DNA of 64,000 bases from Bacillota bacterium. Lineage in GTDB: Bacteria > Sysuimicrobiota > Sysuimicrobiia > Sysuimicrobiales > Segetimicrobiaceae. The stretch covers positions 9,291 through 73,290 of the forward strand of contig JAJPJL010000083.1 of the NCBI GenBank assembly GCA_021324255.1. The letters are read 5' to 3'. Both the position numbers and the translations under genes were made by a program. A model generated the notes under the pieces. It had not been told where the DNA came from, made no database searches, and saw only the letters and a list, made by a program, of their open reading frames with translations. Positions 54,568-63,496 of this stretch are shown here, in pieces (the first letter of the stretch is position 1; each line of letters opens with the position of its first letter).

Positions 54568-55539
54568 TCAGACGTGCAGTTCGATGACGTCGCCGTCGTC
54601 GAGAACGTGCTCGCGCTGGACCATCTGGCCCTCGAACGTGCGCGCCCCCCAGATGCGGGCATACTTGAGCCGCTCCACAAAGTCCTTGTGGACGGCCGCG
54701 CACGCGTCGGCGACGGTGGCGCCGCGCGGCAGGACAAACGGGACGGAGCGATCGGCGCGGCGGCCGGGGGCCTTGGTGTACACGCGGATGACGCGCAGCA
54801 CCCCAAACAGCTCGCGGCGCAGCGTCTCCAGCCCCGCGCCGGTCTCCGCGGAGACCGGCAGGATCTCGAAGCGCGCGCCCCACGCCTCGCGCAGGATCTC
54901 GAGGCGGACGGCGGCGCCATCGGCGTCGAGCTTCGACGCGACCATCAGCGTCGGCACGGCGTCCTCCCCGCCGGTCCTCTCCAGACGCACCCGGGACTGC
55001 GACGCCAGCTCCACGGTCGTCTCGATGCCGCCGAGCAGATCGTCGTCGGCCAGGTCGGCAACGAGCAACGCCGCGTCCGCCTGGCGCACGAGGGCCAGCA
55101 GCCACGGTTCCGCGGTCTCCGGCGCGATCGGCGGCAGGTCGACCAGCTGCACCTGGACGTCCTCGAACGGGACCATGCCGGGCAGCGGCATCCGGGTCGA
55201 GAACGGATACGGCGCCACGACCGGCGCGGCGTTGCTCAACGCCGCCAGCAGGCGCGACTTGCCGGCGTTCGGCGGGCCGACGAGCACGACCTGCCCGGCT
55301 CCCTCGCGCGGGACATGGTGCCAGGTCGGCCCTTTTCCGCCGGCCGTCTTGCGGCGCGCCGCCTCCGTCCGGGCCTTCGCCATGCGGCGCCGGATATCGG
55401 CGCGCATGTGTTCGGTGCCCTTGTGCTTGGGGATGACGGCCATCATCGCCTCGAGGGCAGCCAACTGCTCCTCGGGGGTGGTGGCCTGGCGGTAGCGGCG
55501 TTCCGCCTCGAGGTACTGCGGCGTCAGGTTCGCGGGCAT
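54568..55539 (-). CDS. OBG-class GTPase of the DRG type with C-terminal TGS domain
   Basis: 323 aa. N-terminal helix with KHKGTEHMRADIRRRMAKAR (DRG-like KNKATE.HLG.LKAKLAKLR). G1 GPPNAGKS, G3 DLPP, and the TGS-like end LPRGATVADACAAVHKDF...DGDVIELH. Confidence 0.8.
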   Translation of the reverse strand: MPANLTPQYLEAERRYRQATTPEEQLAALEAMMAVIPKHKGTEHMRADIRRRMAKARTEAARRKTAGGKGPTWHHVPREGAGQVVLVGPPNAGKSRLLAALSNAAPVVAPYPFSTRMPLPGMVPFEDVQVQLVDLPPIAPETAEPWLLALVRQADAALLVADLADDDLLGGIETTVELASQSRVRLERTGGEDAVPTLMVASKLDADGAAVRLEILREAWGARFEILPVSAETGAGLETLRRELFGVLRVIRVYTKAPGRRADRSVPFVLPRGATVADACAAVHKDFVERLKYARIWGARTFEGQMVQREHVLDDGDVIELHV

Positions 55540-55711
55540 CGTCCGTGCTCAATTGTAGCAGAGGCGCCGGCCCCCGCACCACGGCAGGCGTTTGCGCGCC
55601 GGGAACGGAACACTCACGGCAACGGGGCGCCGGCGTTGCCGCGGCCGTCGCGGCGGCGCGCCGCGGCGTACGGCTCGTGAGCTCACCACGACGTTGGGGG
55701 AGGGACCGTCG

Positions 55712-56947
55712 ATGCGGAGGCTGCGCAGCAAGATTGCCCTCGGGGCGATAGTGGCGTGTGTCGCGATGATCGGCTACGAACACCCGGCCTCGCCCCAGCC
55801 CGCCGGCGGGGCGCACCTGATCAAGCTGGGGGCGGCGATCTCCAACACCGGGAATCTGGCCGCCGAGGGGAAGCTGACCACCGACGGCTACGACTTTGCC
55901 GTGGAATGGATCAACGCGCACGGCGGGGTGCGGGTGGTCGGGCAGACGTATACGTTTGCGCCGATCAGGTACTACGACGACGAGAGCAAGCCGGCCCAAT
56001 CGGCCGCCCTCATCGAGAAGCTCGTGAGCGAAGATCGCATCGGCCTGATCCTAGGGCCGTACTCCTCCGACAACACCATCGCCGCGGCGGCGGTGAGCAG
56101 CAAGTACGGCGCGGTGCTCATGGCCGACGAGGGCGTCGCGAAGTCGATCTGGACGTCCGGCAACAAAAACGTCGTCGGGCCCGTCATCTACGACTACCAG
56201 TACATGTACCCCGTCGTCGACGCCCTCCTCGCCGCCCGCACCGGCGTCAAGACCGTGGTGATGATGCACGCGGACGATTCGTTCAGCGTCGGCGTGGCGG
56301 AGGGCGCGGTCGCGTACCTCAAGGAGAAGGGGATCCGGGTCCTCGGCGACTTCCAGTATCCGGCCGCCACGACCGACGTCTCCTCGGTGCTCGCCCAGAT
56401 CAAGGCGCTACACGCGGACGCGCTCTTGAGTTCCGGTCACGTCCAGGACGCGATCCTCATCACCCGGCAGGCCAAGCAGAACGCGATCGACTTCAAGGCG
56501 ATGGCGTTCACGGTGGCGCCGCCCACGCCGGACTATGTCAAAGCGCTCGGCAAGGACGCGGAGGACGTGATCGGGCCCGCCCCGTGGCTGCCCCAGGAGA
56601 ACTTCCCGGATCCCTACTGGGGGTCCACGCAGAAATTCGTGGCCGCGTTCAAGGCCAAGTACGGCTTCGTGCCGGACTACCATGTGGGCAACGCCGTGAT
56701 CGGCATGGAGTTGTTCGCGCAGGCGATCGCCAGGGCCAACAGCGTCGACCCCGCCAGGGTCGGCGCGGCCTTTCTCAACGTCACCTACGACAGCGTCGGC
56801 GGGCCGATCCACTTCGACAACAACTGGCACGAGGACAACCAGCACGGCGCGGCGATCCAGCTGCAGGGCGGCGTGCCCGTGCCCGTGTGGCCGGCGCAGT
56901 ACGTGAAGCACCTTCGCTACCCGATGCCGAGCTGGGCCCAGCGGTAA
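55712..56947 (+). CDS. Branched-chain amino acid-type ABC substrate-binding protein (LivJ/K family)
   Basis: Within ORF 55592..56947. ATG 55712 is preceded by GGGGGAGGGA. Signal peptide, then the periplasmic_binding_6-like IKLGAAISNTGNLAAEG. Confidence 0.85.
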   Translation: MRRLRSKIALGAIVACVAMIGYEHPASPQPAGGAHLIKLGAAISNTGNLAAEGKLTTDGYDFAVEWINAHGGVRVVGQTYTFAPIRYYDDESKPAQSAALIEKLVSEDRIGLILGPYSSDNTIAAAAVSSKYGAVLMADEGVAKSIWTSGNKNVVGPVIYDYQYMYPVVDALLAARTGVKTVVMMHADDSFSVGVAEGAVAYLKEKGIRVLGDFQYPAATTDVSSVLAQIKALHADALLSSGHVQDAILITRQAKQNAIDFKAMAFTVAPPTPDYVKALGKDAEDVIGPAPWLPQENFPDPYWGSTQKFVAAFKAKYGFVPDYHVGNAVIGMELFAQAIARANSVDPARVGAAFLNVTYDSVGGPIHFDNNWHEDNQHGAAIQLQGGVPVPVWPAQYVKHLRYPMPSWAQR

Positions 56948-56965
56948 GCACGGCGGCGGGGCCGC

Positions 56966-57835
56966 GTGGACTTTTGGTTGCAGATTGTCGCGAACGGGCT
57001 GCTGCTCGGCGGCGTCTACGCGCTGAGCGCGGTCGCATTCTCGCTGGAGTGGGGCGTCCTCAACATCGTCAATCTGGCGCACGGGTCGTTCATCATGCTC
57101 GGCGCCTATCTGACGTGGATGCTGTTTACGTCGCCGCTCCGGGTCGATCCGCTGCTCAGCGCGCCGGTCGACTTCGCGCTGCTCGGCGGGCTCGGCTTCC
57201 TGATGCAGCGCCTGCTGCTGAACCGCGTGATGCGCGGCCAGTTCTTCCTCACGCTGCTCCTGACGTTCGGCATCGACCAGGTGCTCGTCAACACGGGGAT
57301 CCTGCTCTGGACCGCCGACCCCCGAGCGGTCACGCCCGCCTATAGCTCGCGGAGCCTCGCGCTCGGCGCGCTCACGATCCCCTACACCCGCCTGGCGGTC
57401 CTCGCCGTGGCGGTGGGGATCACCGTGGCCCTCGCCTCCTTTATGCGGCACACGCGCTTGGGGCGCGCGATCAACGCCACCGGCATGGACCTCGACGCGG
57501 CGAGCCTGATGGGGGTTCGCCTGCCGGTCGTGTTCGCGTTGACGATGGGGCTGGGATGCGGCCTGGCCGGCCTGGCCGGCGCGTTCTACAGCCTGAACTT
57601 TCCGTTCTCGCCGCAGATCGGGGGGGACTTGACGCTGCGGGCGTTCGTGGTCACGTGTCTCGGCGGTCTCGGCAACATGTACGGGCCGCTGCTCGGGGGG
57701 TTGGCGCTCGGCATGGTCGAATCGGTGGCCAGCGTCGTCGTCGGCTCGGGCGCGGTGGACGCGACCGCGTTCGTGATCCTCGTGCTGATCCTGGCGCTGC
57801 GGCCGCAGGGGCTCGGCGGCCGCGCGGTTGCGTGA
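56966..57835 (+). CDS. livH: Branched-chain amino acid ABC permease (LivH type)
   Basis: 289 aa polytopic protein. LLLGGVYALSAVAFSLEWGVLNIVNLAHGSF is the family N-terminus. GTG start. Confidence 0.85.
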   Translation: MDFWLQIVANGLLLGGVYALSAVAFSLEWGVLNIVNLAHGSFIMLGAYLTWMLFTSPLRVDPLLSAPVDFALLGGLGFLMQRLLLNRVMRGQFFLTLLLTFGIDQVLVNTGILLWTADPRAVTPAYSSRSLALGALTIPYTRLAVLAVAVGITVALASFMRHTRLGRAINATGMDLDAASLMGVRLPVVFALTMGLGCGLAGLAGAFYSLNFPFSPQIGGDLTLRAFVVTCLGGLGNMYGPLLGGLALGMVESVASVVVGSGAVDATAFVILVLILALRPQGLGGRAVA

Positions 57836-58863
57836 GCCTCCCCGCGAGTTCGCCGCCCCCGCACGGGGTGGCACCGGCGGCGCCGCTCGGTGGATTGCCC
57901 GCCCGCGGCCCGGCGGCCGCACGCTGGAGCGGCCCGCTGGTGCTGGCGGCGGCGGCCGCGGCCGTCCCGGGCGTGCTCTCGGGGTACGCGCTCCGGGAAG
58001 CGACGACCATCCTCATGTTCATGGCCCTGGCCCTGTCGTGGAACTTGATCGGCGGGCTGTGCGGTTACCCGTCCTTCGGAAACGTGGCGTTCTTCGGCAT
58101 CGGCGCGTACGCGACGGCCGGCCTCGTCGCCAATCTCCACTGGCCGTTTGGGGCGGCGCTCGCGGCGGCGGCGGCGGCGGCGGTCGCCTTCGCGGCCGCG
58201 ATCGGGCCGGTGGTGCTGCGCCTCCACGGCCATTACTTCGCCATTGCCACGCTCGGCACGGCCCAGGCGCTGGGGCAGATCGTGATCATGGTGCCCTGGG
58301 TCGGCGGCCCGAACGGCGTCATCCTGCGCGTGCCGTTCGCGCCGTCCGCGGCGGACTTCTACTACTATATGGCCGGCGCGGTGGCCGCCGCGCTGCTCAT
58401 CACCTACGCGGTGCTGCGCGGATCGTGGGGGTACGCGTGCCGGATGATCCGGCAGGACGAGGTCGCGGCCGCCGCCAGCGGCGTGAACACGACGTTTTAC
58501 AAGACGGCGTGCTGGGCGCTGTCGGGATTCGTGGCGGCGCTCGTGGGCGGCGTCTATGCGCTGTGGATTACGTTTGTGAACCCGCCGTCGGTGTTTGATC
58601 CGGTGATCAGCCTGACCATGGTCGTGCTCGCGCTGGTGGGCGGCGCGGGGACGCTGTGGGGTCCGGTGCTGGGCGCGTTTGTCGTGGAGAACATCGACCA
58701 GTACCTGTGGGCGCGTCTGCTGACGGCGCACACGCTGTTTTTGGGCGTGGTCATCGTCGTCATCGTGCTGTTCCTGCCGCGCGGCCTGTGGCCGTACCTC
58801 GCGGGCGGCGAGGGGCTCACGTGGCGTTCCCTGTTCGAAGGAGCGCGGCGGCTCCGCGTATGA
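57832..58863 (+). CDS. livM: Branched-chain amino acid ABC permease (LivM type)
   Basis: Within ORF 57556..58863. GTG 57832 (GTGA overlap with the livH stop). LSWNLIGGLCGYPSFGNVAFFGIGAY. Confidence 0.8.
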   Translation: MSLPASSPPPHGVAPAAPLGGLPARGPAAARWSGPLVLAAAAAAVPGVLSGYALREATTILMFMALALSWNLIGGLCGYPSFGNVAFFGIGAYATAGLVANLHWPFGAALAAAAAAAVAFAAAIGPVVLRLHGHYFAIATLGTAQALGQIVIMVPWVGGPNGVILRVPFAPSAADFYYYMAGAVAAALLITYAVLRGSWGYACRMIRQDEVAAAASGVNTTFYKTACWALSGFVAALVGGVYALWITFVNPPSVFDPVISLTMVVLALVGGAGTLWGPVLGAFVVENIDQYLWARLLTAHTLFLGVVIVVIVLFLPRGLWPYLAGGEGLTWRSLFEGARRLRV

Positions 58864-59660
58864 CGCCCGCCCTGCGGCTCGAGGGCGTGTCCAAGTCGTT
58901 CGGCGGCCTGCAGGCCGTCCGCGACGTGTCCTTCGAGCTGCATCAGGGCGAGATTCTCGGCCTGATCGGCCCCAACGGCGCCGGCAAGACCACGTTGATC
59001 AACCTGATCGCGGGCGCGTACCGGCCAACGGGCGGGCGCATCGTGCTGGGCGCGCGGGACGTCACGGGACGCCCCCCATATGTCCTGGCGCGGCTCGGCG
59101 TGGCCCGGACGTTTCAGATCGTGCGCGTCTTCAAGGAGATGACCGTCTGGGACAACGTTGTGGGGGGCGCGTTGTTTGCGGGCCGGTCGGGCGGCGCGCA
59201 CCGCGCCCGGGAGCGCGCCGCCGCGACGCTCGAGTTTGTCGGCCTCGGCGCGCTGGCGCATCGCCGCGCCGGCGACATCGGGCTGGCCGAGCAGAAGCGC
59301 GTGCAGCTCGCCCGCGCCCTGGCGATGCAGCCGGCGGTGCTCCTGCTGGATGAGGCCATGGCGGGGCTCACCCACGGGGAGATCCACGCGGCGCTCGAGC
59401 TGGTGCGCGCCGTCCACCGCCGCGGGGTGACCCTGATCGTCATCGAGCACCTGATGAAGGTCATCATGGAGCTGTCGCACCGGGTGATCGTGATGCACCA
59501 CGGGCGGGTGCTCGCCCAGGGCCGCCCGGCGGACGTCGTCGCCGATCCGCAGGTCGTGGCCGCCTACTTCGGGGAGCGCTACTCGCATCGCGCCGTGCGC
59601 ACGCGTCCGGGCGCGGGACCGGGCGACGCGCCCGGGGAAGGCCGCCGTGTCACTCCTTGA
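58860..59660 (+). CDS. livG: Branched-chain amino acid ABC ATP-binding protein (LivG type)
   Basis: Within ORF 58656..59660. ATG 58860 (ATGA overlap with the livM stop). GPNGAGKTT, RTFQIVRVF, LLLDEAMAGL. Confidence 0.85.
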   Translation: MTPALRLEGVSKSFGGLQAVRDVSFELHQGEILGLIGPNGAGKTTLINLIAGAYRPTGGRIVLGARDVTGRPPYVLARLGVARTFQIVRVFKEMTVWDNVVGGALFAGRSGGAHRARERAAATLEFVGLGALAHRRAGDIGLAEQKRVQLARALAMQPAVLLLDEAMAGLTHGEIHAALELVRAVHRRGVTLIVIEHLMKVIMELSHRVIVMHHGRVLAQGRPADVVADPQVVAAYFGERYSHRAVRTRPGAGPGDAPGEGRRVTP

Positions 59661-60354
59661 GATCCGGGACCTCGAGGCCGGCTACGGCGCCGTGCAGGTG
59701 CTCTGGCGCGTTGCGCTCCGGGTCGACCCGGGAGAGATCGTCACCGTCATCGGCAACAACGGCGCCGGCAAGACGACCACCATGCTCGCCGTCACGGGCC
59801 TGGTGCCGCCGTGGCGCGGTGAGATCGCGTTCGACGGGCGGACGGTTCACGGCTTGGAGCCGCCCGATATCGCGGGGCTCGGGCTGGCGCTGGTGCCGCA
59901 GGGTCGCCGGCTCTTTGGCGCCATGAGCGTGGAGGAGAACCTCTTGATGGGAGCTTACCTGCGGCGCGACCGCGGCGTCGAGGCGACGCTGCGCCGCGTC
60001 TACGAGATCCTGCCGCGGCTCCGCGAGCGGCGCCGGCAACTCGCCGGGACGCTGTCCGGCGGCGAGCAGCAGATGTGCGCGATCGGGCGGGCGCTCATGG
60101 CGCGGCCGAAGCTGTTGTGCGTGGACGAGCTGTCCTTCGGCCTGGCCCCGCGCGTGACCGACGAGATGCTGGACGTGCTGGTCGTGATTCGCGCCGAAGG
60201 GACGAGCGTGCTCTTGGTGGAGCAAGACGTCGAGCTCGCGCTCGCCGTGGCCGACCGGGGGTACGTCATGGAAGGCGGCCGCGTCGTGCTGGCGGGCACG
60301 GCCGCCGAGCTGTACGACGACCCGGGCGTGCGCACCGCGTACCTGGGCTTGTGA
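59647..60354 (+). CDS. livF: Branched-chain amino acid ABC ATP-binding protein (LivF type)
   Basis: 235 aa. GNNGAGKTT, LSGGEQQM, LCVDELSFGLAP, AYLG end. GTG start. Confidence 0.9.
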   Translation: MSLLEIRDLEAGYGAVQVLWRVALRVDPGEIVTVIGNNGAGKTTTMLAVTGLVPPWRGEIAFDGRTVHGLEPPDIAGLGLALVPQGRRLFGAMSVEENLLMGAYLRRDRGVEATLRRVYEILPRLRERRRQLAGTLSGGEQQMCAIGRALMARPKLLCVDELSFGLAPRVTDEMLDVLVVIRAEGTSVLLVEQDVELALAVADRGYVMEGGRVVLAGTAAELYDDPGVRTAYLGL

Positions 60355-60479
60355 CCGCAGGATCCGTGGGTCACAATTCTTTCCTCTGCGTCACACAGCC
60401 GGATCGTCTGTGGACGCCGCTATGCGGGTTGCGTCGCGGTCCCCACATCGAGGCCGCCCCATGCGCCGCGCATCCCCCG

Positions 60480-61445
60480 TTACGGCGCAGGCGGGCGGCC
60501 GGCCGCGAGATAGCGCGACGGGAGCGCGTGCCCGAGCAAGGCGGCGAGCGGCCGTGACGCCTCGCAGAGACGGGTGAGATCCACGCCCGTCTCGATGTCC
60601 ATCCCGTCGAGCATGTAGACGAGGTCCTCCGTGGCGAGGTTCCCCGAGGCGCCGGGCGCGTACGGGCAGCCCCCGAGCCCGCCCGCGGCGGCATCGACCG
60701 TGGTGATCCCGCTCCACAGCGCGGTGAGGACGTTGGCGAGGGCGGTGCCTCGGGTGTCGTGAAAGTGCACCGCGAGCGATCCGACCTGGACGTCTCGAAC
60801 CAGGCGGTCCAGCAGGGCCCACACCTCGTGGGGCGTGGCGGCGCCGATCGTGTCCCCGAGCGACACCTCCCGGCAGCCCATCTCGAGCAGGCGGCCCGCC
60901 ACGCGGCGCACCGCATCCGGCCCGACGCGGCCCTCATACGGGCACCACCAGGCGGTCGAGACGTAGCCGCGCACGCGGGCGCCGTTCGCGGCGGCGAGGT
61001 CCACGACGTCCCGCGCGGCGGACAGCGACGCGTCGATGCTCATATTGATGTTGCGCCGCGTGAAGGTCTCGGACGCCGCCGTAAACACGGCCACGTCCCT
61101 GAGGCCGCAGGCCGTCGCGCGGGCCATGCCGGCCCGGTTCGGGACCAGCGCGGACAGCGCGACCCCCGGGAGGGCGCCGAGGCGGCGCACCACCTCGTCC
61201 GTGTCGGCCATCTGCGGGACGCGATCCGGCCGCACGAACGCGCCGACCTCGATGGCCGCCAGCCCGGCGGCTGCGAGGCGGACGATGAACGCGACCTTGT
61301 CGCCCACGGCGAGCGGCGTGGATTCGTTTTGGAGACCGTCGCGCGGGCCTACCTCGACGATCCGCACCCGCCGGGGCAGCCCGGCGAACGGCGCCGGCCG
61401 GAGCCGCGCCGGGCGCGTGGCCTCCGCGACGGAGCCGGCGGGCAT
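60480..61445 (-). CDS. Hydroxymethylglutaryl-CoA lyase
   Basis: Within ORF 60480..61811. ATG 61445 (ATGA overlap with the BCCP gene stop). EVGPRDGLQNE, HFHDTRG, GGLGGCPYAPGASGN. Confidence 0.85.
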   Translation of the reverse strand: MPAGSVAEATRPARLRPAPFAGLPRRVRIVEVGPRDGLQNESTPLAVGDKVAFIVRLAAAGLAAIEVGAFVRPDRVPQMADTDEVVRRLGALPGVALSALVPNRAGMARATACGLRDVAVFTAASETFTRRNINMSIDASLSAARDVVDLAAANGARVRGYVSTAWWCPYEGRVGPDAVRRVAGRLLEMGCREVSLGDTIGAATPHEVWALLDRLVRDVQVGSLAVHFHDTRGTALANVLTALWSGITTVDAAAGGLGGCPYAPGASGNLATEDLVYMLDGMDIETGVDLTRLCEASRPLAALLGHALPSRYLAAGRPPAP

Positions 61446-61954
61446 CAGCGCGCCTCGCCCTCGGGCGGCGGCTCGAGCCGCGCGACCACCGCGTCGCCCT
61501 CGACGGCGTCCCCCACTCCGGCGCACACCGCCTGCACCACCCCGGAAAAGGGGGCGCGGACCACGTGCTCCATTTTCATCGCTTCCAGGGCCATGATCGG
61601 CTGCCCGGTCCTGACCGTCTCTCCGACCTGCACGTGGATTTTGACCACGAGGCCGTGCATCGGCGCCCGCAGGTCCCCGGACAGGGACGACGGCGCCGGG
61701 GCCCCTTCGTCCGCGCGGGCCGTGTCCACCTCGATCGTCACGCCGTCGAGGTGCAGGTACACGCGCCCGCCCGCGCTCGCGAAATGCGCGAGACGGGCTC
61801 GGTCGTGACACTCCACGAGCGCGATGCCCGGCTCGAGGCGCGTGCAGCGAAACCGGTAGGAACGGGCGCCGACGCGGACGGTCCAGGTGTCACCCTCCCG
61901 CGAGGCGTCGCAGGCCACCGCGGCGTCCCCTACGCGCAGCGTACGTTCAGCCAT
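61445..61954 (-). CDS. Biotin carboxyl carrier (biotinyl/lipoyl) domain protein, C-terminal module of an acyl-CoA carboxylase alpha subunit
   Basis: C-terminal 169 aa of ORF 61445..62287. ATG 61954. Biotinylation motif ALEAMKMEH. Confidence 0.75.
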   Translation of the reverse strand: MAERTLRVGDAAVACDASREGDTWTVRVGARSYRFRCTRLEPGIALVECHDRARLAHFASAGGRVYLHLDGVTIEVDTARADEGAPAPSSLSGDLRAPMHGLVVKIHVQVGETVRTGQPIMALEAMKMEHVVRAPFSGVVQAVCAGVGDAVEGDAVVARLEPPPEGEAR

Positions 61955-63491
61955 GCGCGCCTGCCGGCGGCGCGCCGATGCGCCACGGCCCAATCCGCGC
62001 CCACGGGTCCCATCCGCGCGGCACGGCATCGCCCGTCCCTCGCTGCCGCACCCCGTCCGCATCCGGCGCGGCCCCGCCGGCCTCCGCGAGCGCCGCCGCC
62101 ACCGCCGTGGCGAGCCCGTCCGTCTCCCCGCGCCAGCCGGCGAAGTGCCGGTCGATGAACCGTGTCGTGGTGTCGCCGGCGCGGAACGCCGGGTGCCGTA
62201 CCAGCGCGTGCAGGAACTCCACGTTCGTGCGGCAGCCCAGGATGACGTACCGCGCGAGCGCCTCCCGCATCCGCGCGAGCGCCTCATCGCGGCTCGGCGC
62301 GTACACGATCACCTTCGCCAGCAGCGGGTCGTACTCGACCGGCACGCGCCAGCCCGCGCGCAGGCCGGAGTCCACGCGCACGCCGGGTCCGCCCGGCTCG
62401 GCGAGCGTGAGGATCGGCCCCGGCGTGGGCCGGAACCCGGCGGCGGGATCCTCGGCGCAGACGCGGCACTCGATCGCGTGCCCCCGGATCGGCACGGCGC
62501 GGGCGGCGCGGCGTGCCGGGCGGCCTTCCGGGAGCCGCTCCCCCGCGGCGATCCGTAGCTGCGTCGTGACGAGATCCGTGCCGGTCACGAGCTCCGTGAC
62601 CGGGTGCTCGACCTGCAGCCGCGCGTTGACCTCGAGAAAGTACCAGTTGCGGTCCGCGTCCACGAGGAACTCGACCGTGCCCGCGTTGCGGTATCCGGCT
62701 GCCCGGGCAATCGCCACGGCCGCCTGCTCCAGATGCGCGCGGAGGCCGGCCGTCACGAACGGTGAGGGCGCTTCCTCGACGAGCTTTTGATGCCGGCGCT
62801 GCACGCTGCACTCGCGCTCGCCGAGCGCGACGACCGTGCCCGCGCCGTCGGCGACGATCTGGACTTCCACATGGCGCACGCCGTCGAGATGGTGCTCGAG
62901 CAGCAGCGCGTCGCGGCCGAAGGCGGCGCGGGCCTCGCGGCGCGCGGACGCGAGCGAGTCCCGGAGCGCCTCCGGCGCGTCCACCCGGCGCATGCCCAGG
63001 CCGCCGCCCCCCGCGGCCGCCTTGATCATCAGCGGAAAGCCGATGCGCGCCGCCGCGCTGACGAGCTCGTCATCGGACGCGCCGTCGGCGTCGTAGCCGG
63101 GCACCGTGGGGACGCCGGCGCGCGCGGCAAGACGCCGCGCGTGGACCTTGTCCCCGAGCCGCGCGATGACCTCGGCGGGCGGACCAACCCACACGAGGCC
63201 GGCCTCGCGCACGGCCGCCGCGAACGCCGCCGACTCGGCGAGAAAGCCGTACCCCGGGTGAACCGCGTCCGCCCCCGCGCGGCGCGCCGCCTCGAGGAGG
63301 CGGTCGATGCTGAGGTAGGTCTCACGCGCCGCGGACCCGCTGAGCGGCACGCGCACGTCCGCCAGGCGCGGATGCAGGGCGTCCCGGTCGGGGTCGGCGT
63401 AGACGGCGACCGAACGCATCCCCAGCTCGCGGCACGCCCGGATGATGCGAACGGCGATCTCGCCCCGGTTCGCGACCAGCACGGTCCGCAT
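61947..63491 (-). CDS. Biotin carboxylase (acyl-CoA carboxylase alpha, BC + BT region)
   Basis: Within ORF 61947..63833. ATG 63491 chosen (MRTVLVANRGEIAVRIIRA). MIKAAAGGGGLGMR and EVNARLQVEHPVTE. Confidence 0.9.
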   Translation of the reverse strand: MRTVLVANRGEIAVRIIRACRELGMRSVAVYADPDRDALHPRLADVRVPLSGSAARETYLSIDRLLEAARRAGADAVHPGYGFLAESAAFAAAVREAGLVWVGPPAEVIARLGDKVHARRLAARAGVPTVPGYDADGASDDELVSAAARIGFPLMIKAAAGGGGLGMRRVDAPEALRDSLASARREARAAFGRDALLLEHHLDGVRHVEVQIVADGAGTVVALGERECSVQRRHQKLVEEAPSPFVTAGLRAHLEQAAVAIARAAGYRNAGTVEFLVDADRNWYFLEVNARLQVEHPVTELVTGTDLVTTQLRIAAGERLPEGRPARRAARAVPIRGHAIECRVCAEDPAAGFRPTPGPILTLAEPGGPGVRVDSGLRAGWRVPVEYDPLLAKVIVYAPSRDEALARMREALARYVILGCRTNVEFLHALVRHPAFRAGDTTTRFIDRHFAGWRGETDGLATAVAAALAEAGGAAPDADGVRQRGTGDAVPRGWDPWARIGPWRIGAPPAGAHG

Positions 63492-63496
63492 CGGCG

